Assembly (NCBI GenBank): GCA_964512925.1
Contig: CAZEKH010000002.1
Span: 122,505-186,504 of the forward strand
Direction of reading: 5' to 3'
Length of the DNA stretch: 64,000 nt
DNA from: an uncultured Candidatus Saccharibacteria bacterium
GTDB taxonomy: Bacteria > Patescibacteriota > Doudnabacteria > UBA920
How positions within the stretch are numbered: the stretch's first letter is position 1; each line of letters starts with the position of its first letter. Below are positions 62,458 to 64,000 of the stretch, in pieces. The notes under the pieces were generated by a model. The model ran no database searches, was not told where the DNA came from, and saw only the letters and a program-made list of their open reading frames with translations. A program made the position numbers and the translations under genes.

Positions 62458-62564
62458 TTTTTAACTTTTGCAATTGTTGTAGGTTTTCTTGTAATTTTTC
62501 CAAACCGCCTTCAACCTTCCTAAATCCATCTTTAAAAAATCCCAATCACTTTAAAAAATTTTGC

Positions 62565-62598
62565 TGTCAACTATGACACATATGTGTTACGTTTGACA
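62565..62598. repeat. 34-bp palindromic element, copy 3 (extended to TTGCTGTCAA...TTGACAGCAA)
   Basis: TGTCAACTATGACACATATGTGTTACGTTTGACA. Confidence 0.75.
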
Positions 62599-62824
62599 GC
62601 AATTCAAAATGCTAAAAATTTTGCTTTTAAAGGATCTATCAAACGCAACATAATTATAAACAAAATTTGAAAAATTTATTGTAGATTTTGATTTGAATTT
62701 AGACCTTGAGGGTTTTGAGACGCTAAATGATTCAACATCTTGCATACAATAAAGCGACACTTCAAAAAACTCAGTGGAAATTCTAGGATATTTACTCAAA
62801 AAAACCAATAAAATACAAATTAAA

Positions 62825-62857
62825 AAACATTCCGTTTATAGCGGAATGTTTTTTTCA
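62825..62857. terminator. Bidirectional terminator
   Basis: aacattccg-tttatag-cggaatgtt flanked by A/T runs. Confidence 0.65.
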
Positions 62858-62879
62858 TATCTTAGTTACAGTGCGAAAG

Positions 62880-63416
62880 CTACTTTTTGATGACAAAATT
62901 TATTGTTACTGTATTAATCTTGGTTTTCTTGTTAACCTCTATAGCCACTTGTGCTGTGATGTTATCCTTTTTTGCGGATATGGATTTTGTTTCCGGCAGA
63001 TCCAAAACAGTTAAAAGCTGCCATTTTTCTTTGTCAAAAAAATCCTTATACGTCTTATACAACACCGCGGAATTAACCTTGCTCTCATACGACCTGGTTG
63101 CCTGGACTTTCAGATTGTTGGAAACATTATAATTTTCTGTCAAAATTCCGCCAGGCGGCACAGGAAAAGATTCCAAAAACCCGTCAGGAAACTTGTCAAA
63201 AGCAACCTGAGTCACTGTTGACGGGCCGGAGGTGGCGTTGTCGTTTTGAGTTTTTTGGATTTCGGGAGCCGGCTGTTTTACTTTTTTACCTCCCCAAAAA
63301 ATATAAGCTAAAACGGCAATTACAACTACTGCCAGCAGCAAAAAAATCAAAGACATTTTGCTGTTTTTATTTTGGGACTGAACCGGGGGCGCGGGAAAAT
63401 TATTCATATTTTCCAT
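62880..63416 (-). CDS. Membrane-anchored hypothetical protein
   Basis: N-terminal TM helix (MSLIFLLLAVVVIAVLAYIFW). 178 aa. Followed by a terminator. Confidence 0.5.
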   Translation of the reverse strand: MENMNNFPAPPVQSQNKNSKMSLIFLLLAVVVIAVLAYIFWGGKKVKQPAPEIQKTQNDNATSGPSTVTQVAFDKFPDGFLESFPVPPGGILTENYNVSNNLKVQATRSYESKVNSAVLYKTYKDFFDKEKWQLLTVLDLPETKSISAKKDNITAQVAIEVNKKTKINTVTINFVIKK

Positions 63417-63546
63417 AATTTTTGTTTCTCAAATCTTAATGACTTTATGTGTTTATATAATAGTACAAATTTTCTCAAAATACAAATATCAAGGGAAATA
63501 CTCCTATAAGACACTCCAGATGCCTACGAAAAAACAGCATAGAAAG

Positions 63547-63966
63547 TTACATAATTAGCGTAACACAAAAGATAACTAAAAAAGCCGAGTTAATAATTGA
63601 ACGTGTATGCTGAATTTTGGGCTTTATGCCGATCTGCAGCATAAGCAAGGTTAAAAAAATACTTATAAATAACCAATAAAATTGCTGGGATAAACCCTCC
63701 TCTGGAATGCTTTTACCCGCATACAAAAACGAGGTTGACTTGGAATAGCTAAAGGGTTGCGTCTTATCGCTTAAACCAAAATTATTCTCCAAACTTGGGC
63801 TAAAATTTGGTCCCAAACTTTTTGCCTGCTCGCCGTTTGCTCCATAAGCAGTAACAGAAACCGTCAAAGAATTTTTGACCAGTCTAAACTCATCTATATA
63901 CCCTTCCCAGACATTTTGTCCTTTGGAGTCCAACATCAATGAAGCATTTCCAAAACTGGCAACCAC
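63547..63966 (-). CDS. Hypothetical protein with a C-terminal TM segment; may extend beyond the window
   Basis: 139-aa ORF at the window edge. No family recognised. Confidence 0.35.
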   Translation of the reverse strand: MVASFGNASLMLDSKGQNVWEGYIDEFRLVKNSLTVSVTAYGANGEQAKSLGPNFSPSLENNFGLSDKTQPFSYSKSTSFLYAGKSIPEEGLSQQFYWLFISIFLTLLMLQIGIKPKIQHTRSIINSAFLVIFCVTLIM

Positions 63967-64000
63967 CTTAACTGCCGGACCCTGAGTTTTGACCTGGATT

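Overview
The window is an AT-rich (about 35-40% GC by eye) bacterial chromosomal segment. Its gene content suggests a small-genome, host-dependent organism of the Patescibacteria/CPR type; this is inference only.

Main features:
- Housekeeping and central metabolism genes: pyk, eno, D-2-hydroxyacid dehydrogenase, glycerate kinase, tdh-kbl, glmS, a uridyltransferase-only GlmU-like gene, suhB-like, ligA, recQ, guaA, guaB.
- An rRNA gene pair consisting of 23S and 5S only (minus strand, ~16.9-20.9 kb), with no 16S in the window. The 23S gene is unusually long (~3.6 kb) and carries three related AT-rich hairpin insertions. A tRNA-Ile(GAT)/tRNA-Ala(TGC) pair, which normally sits in the 16S-23S spacer, lies stranded ~18 kb away.
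- A complete type IV pilus locus with no secretin (24.3-39.0 kb): pilM-N-O-B-T-C, major pilin, pilD, three minor pilins, a discoidin-domain pilin-like adhesin, and an O-antigen-ligase/TPR protein.
- A type III R-M system (mod/res) with a DUF3800-like gene between the two subunits.
- A 1474-aa surface adhesin.
- A strongly GC-rich, likely horizontally acquired, secreted S8 peptidase.
- A 1018-aa secreted LCAT/PGAP1-like lipase.

The most unusual signals are small GC-rich palindromic elements:
- One family (CCCTCCCC-loop-GGGGAGGG plus a GGGAGAGGTYG tail) is inserted in frame, as Gly/Pro/Arg/Ser-rich peptides, into guaA (three sites) and a PHP/EndoQ-like gene. Further copies sit in intergenic DNA. 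These are RPE-like.
- A second family brackets guaB, and one copy supplies its annotated start codon.
- A third family of 34-bp TGTCAA...TTGACA palindromes brackets the lipase gene. A shorter 18-bp relative overlaps the -35 box of the protease promoter.

No CRISPR array, integrase or transposase was seen.
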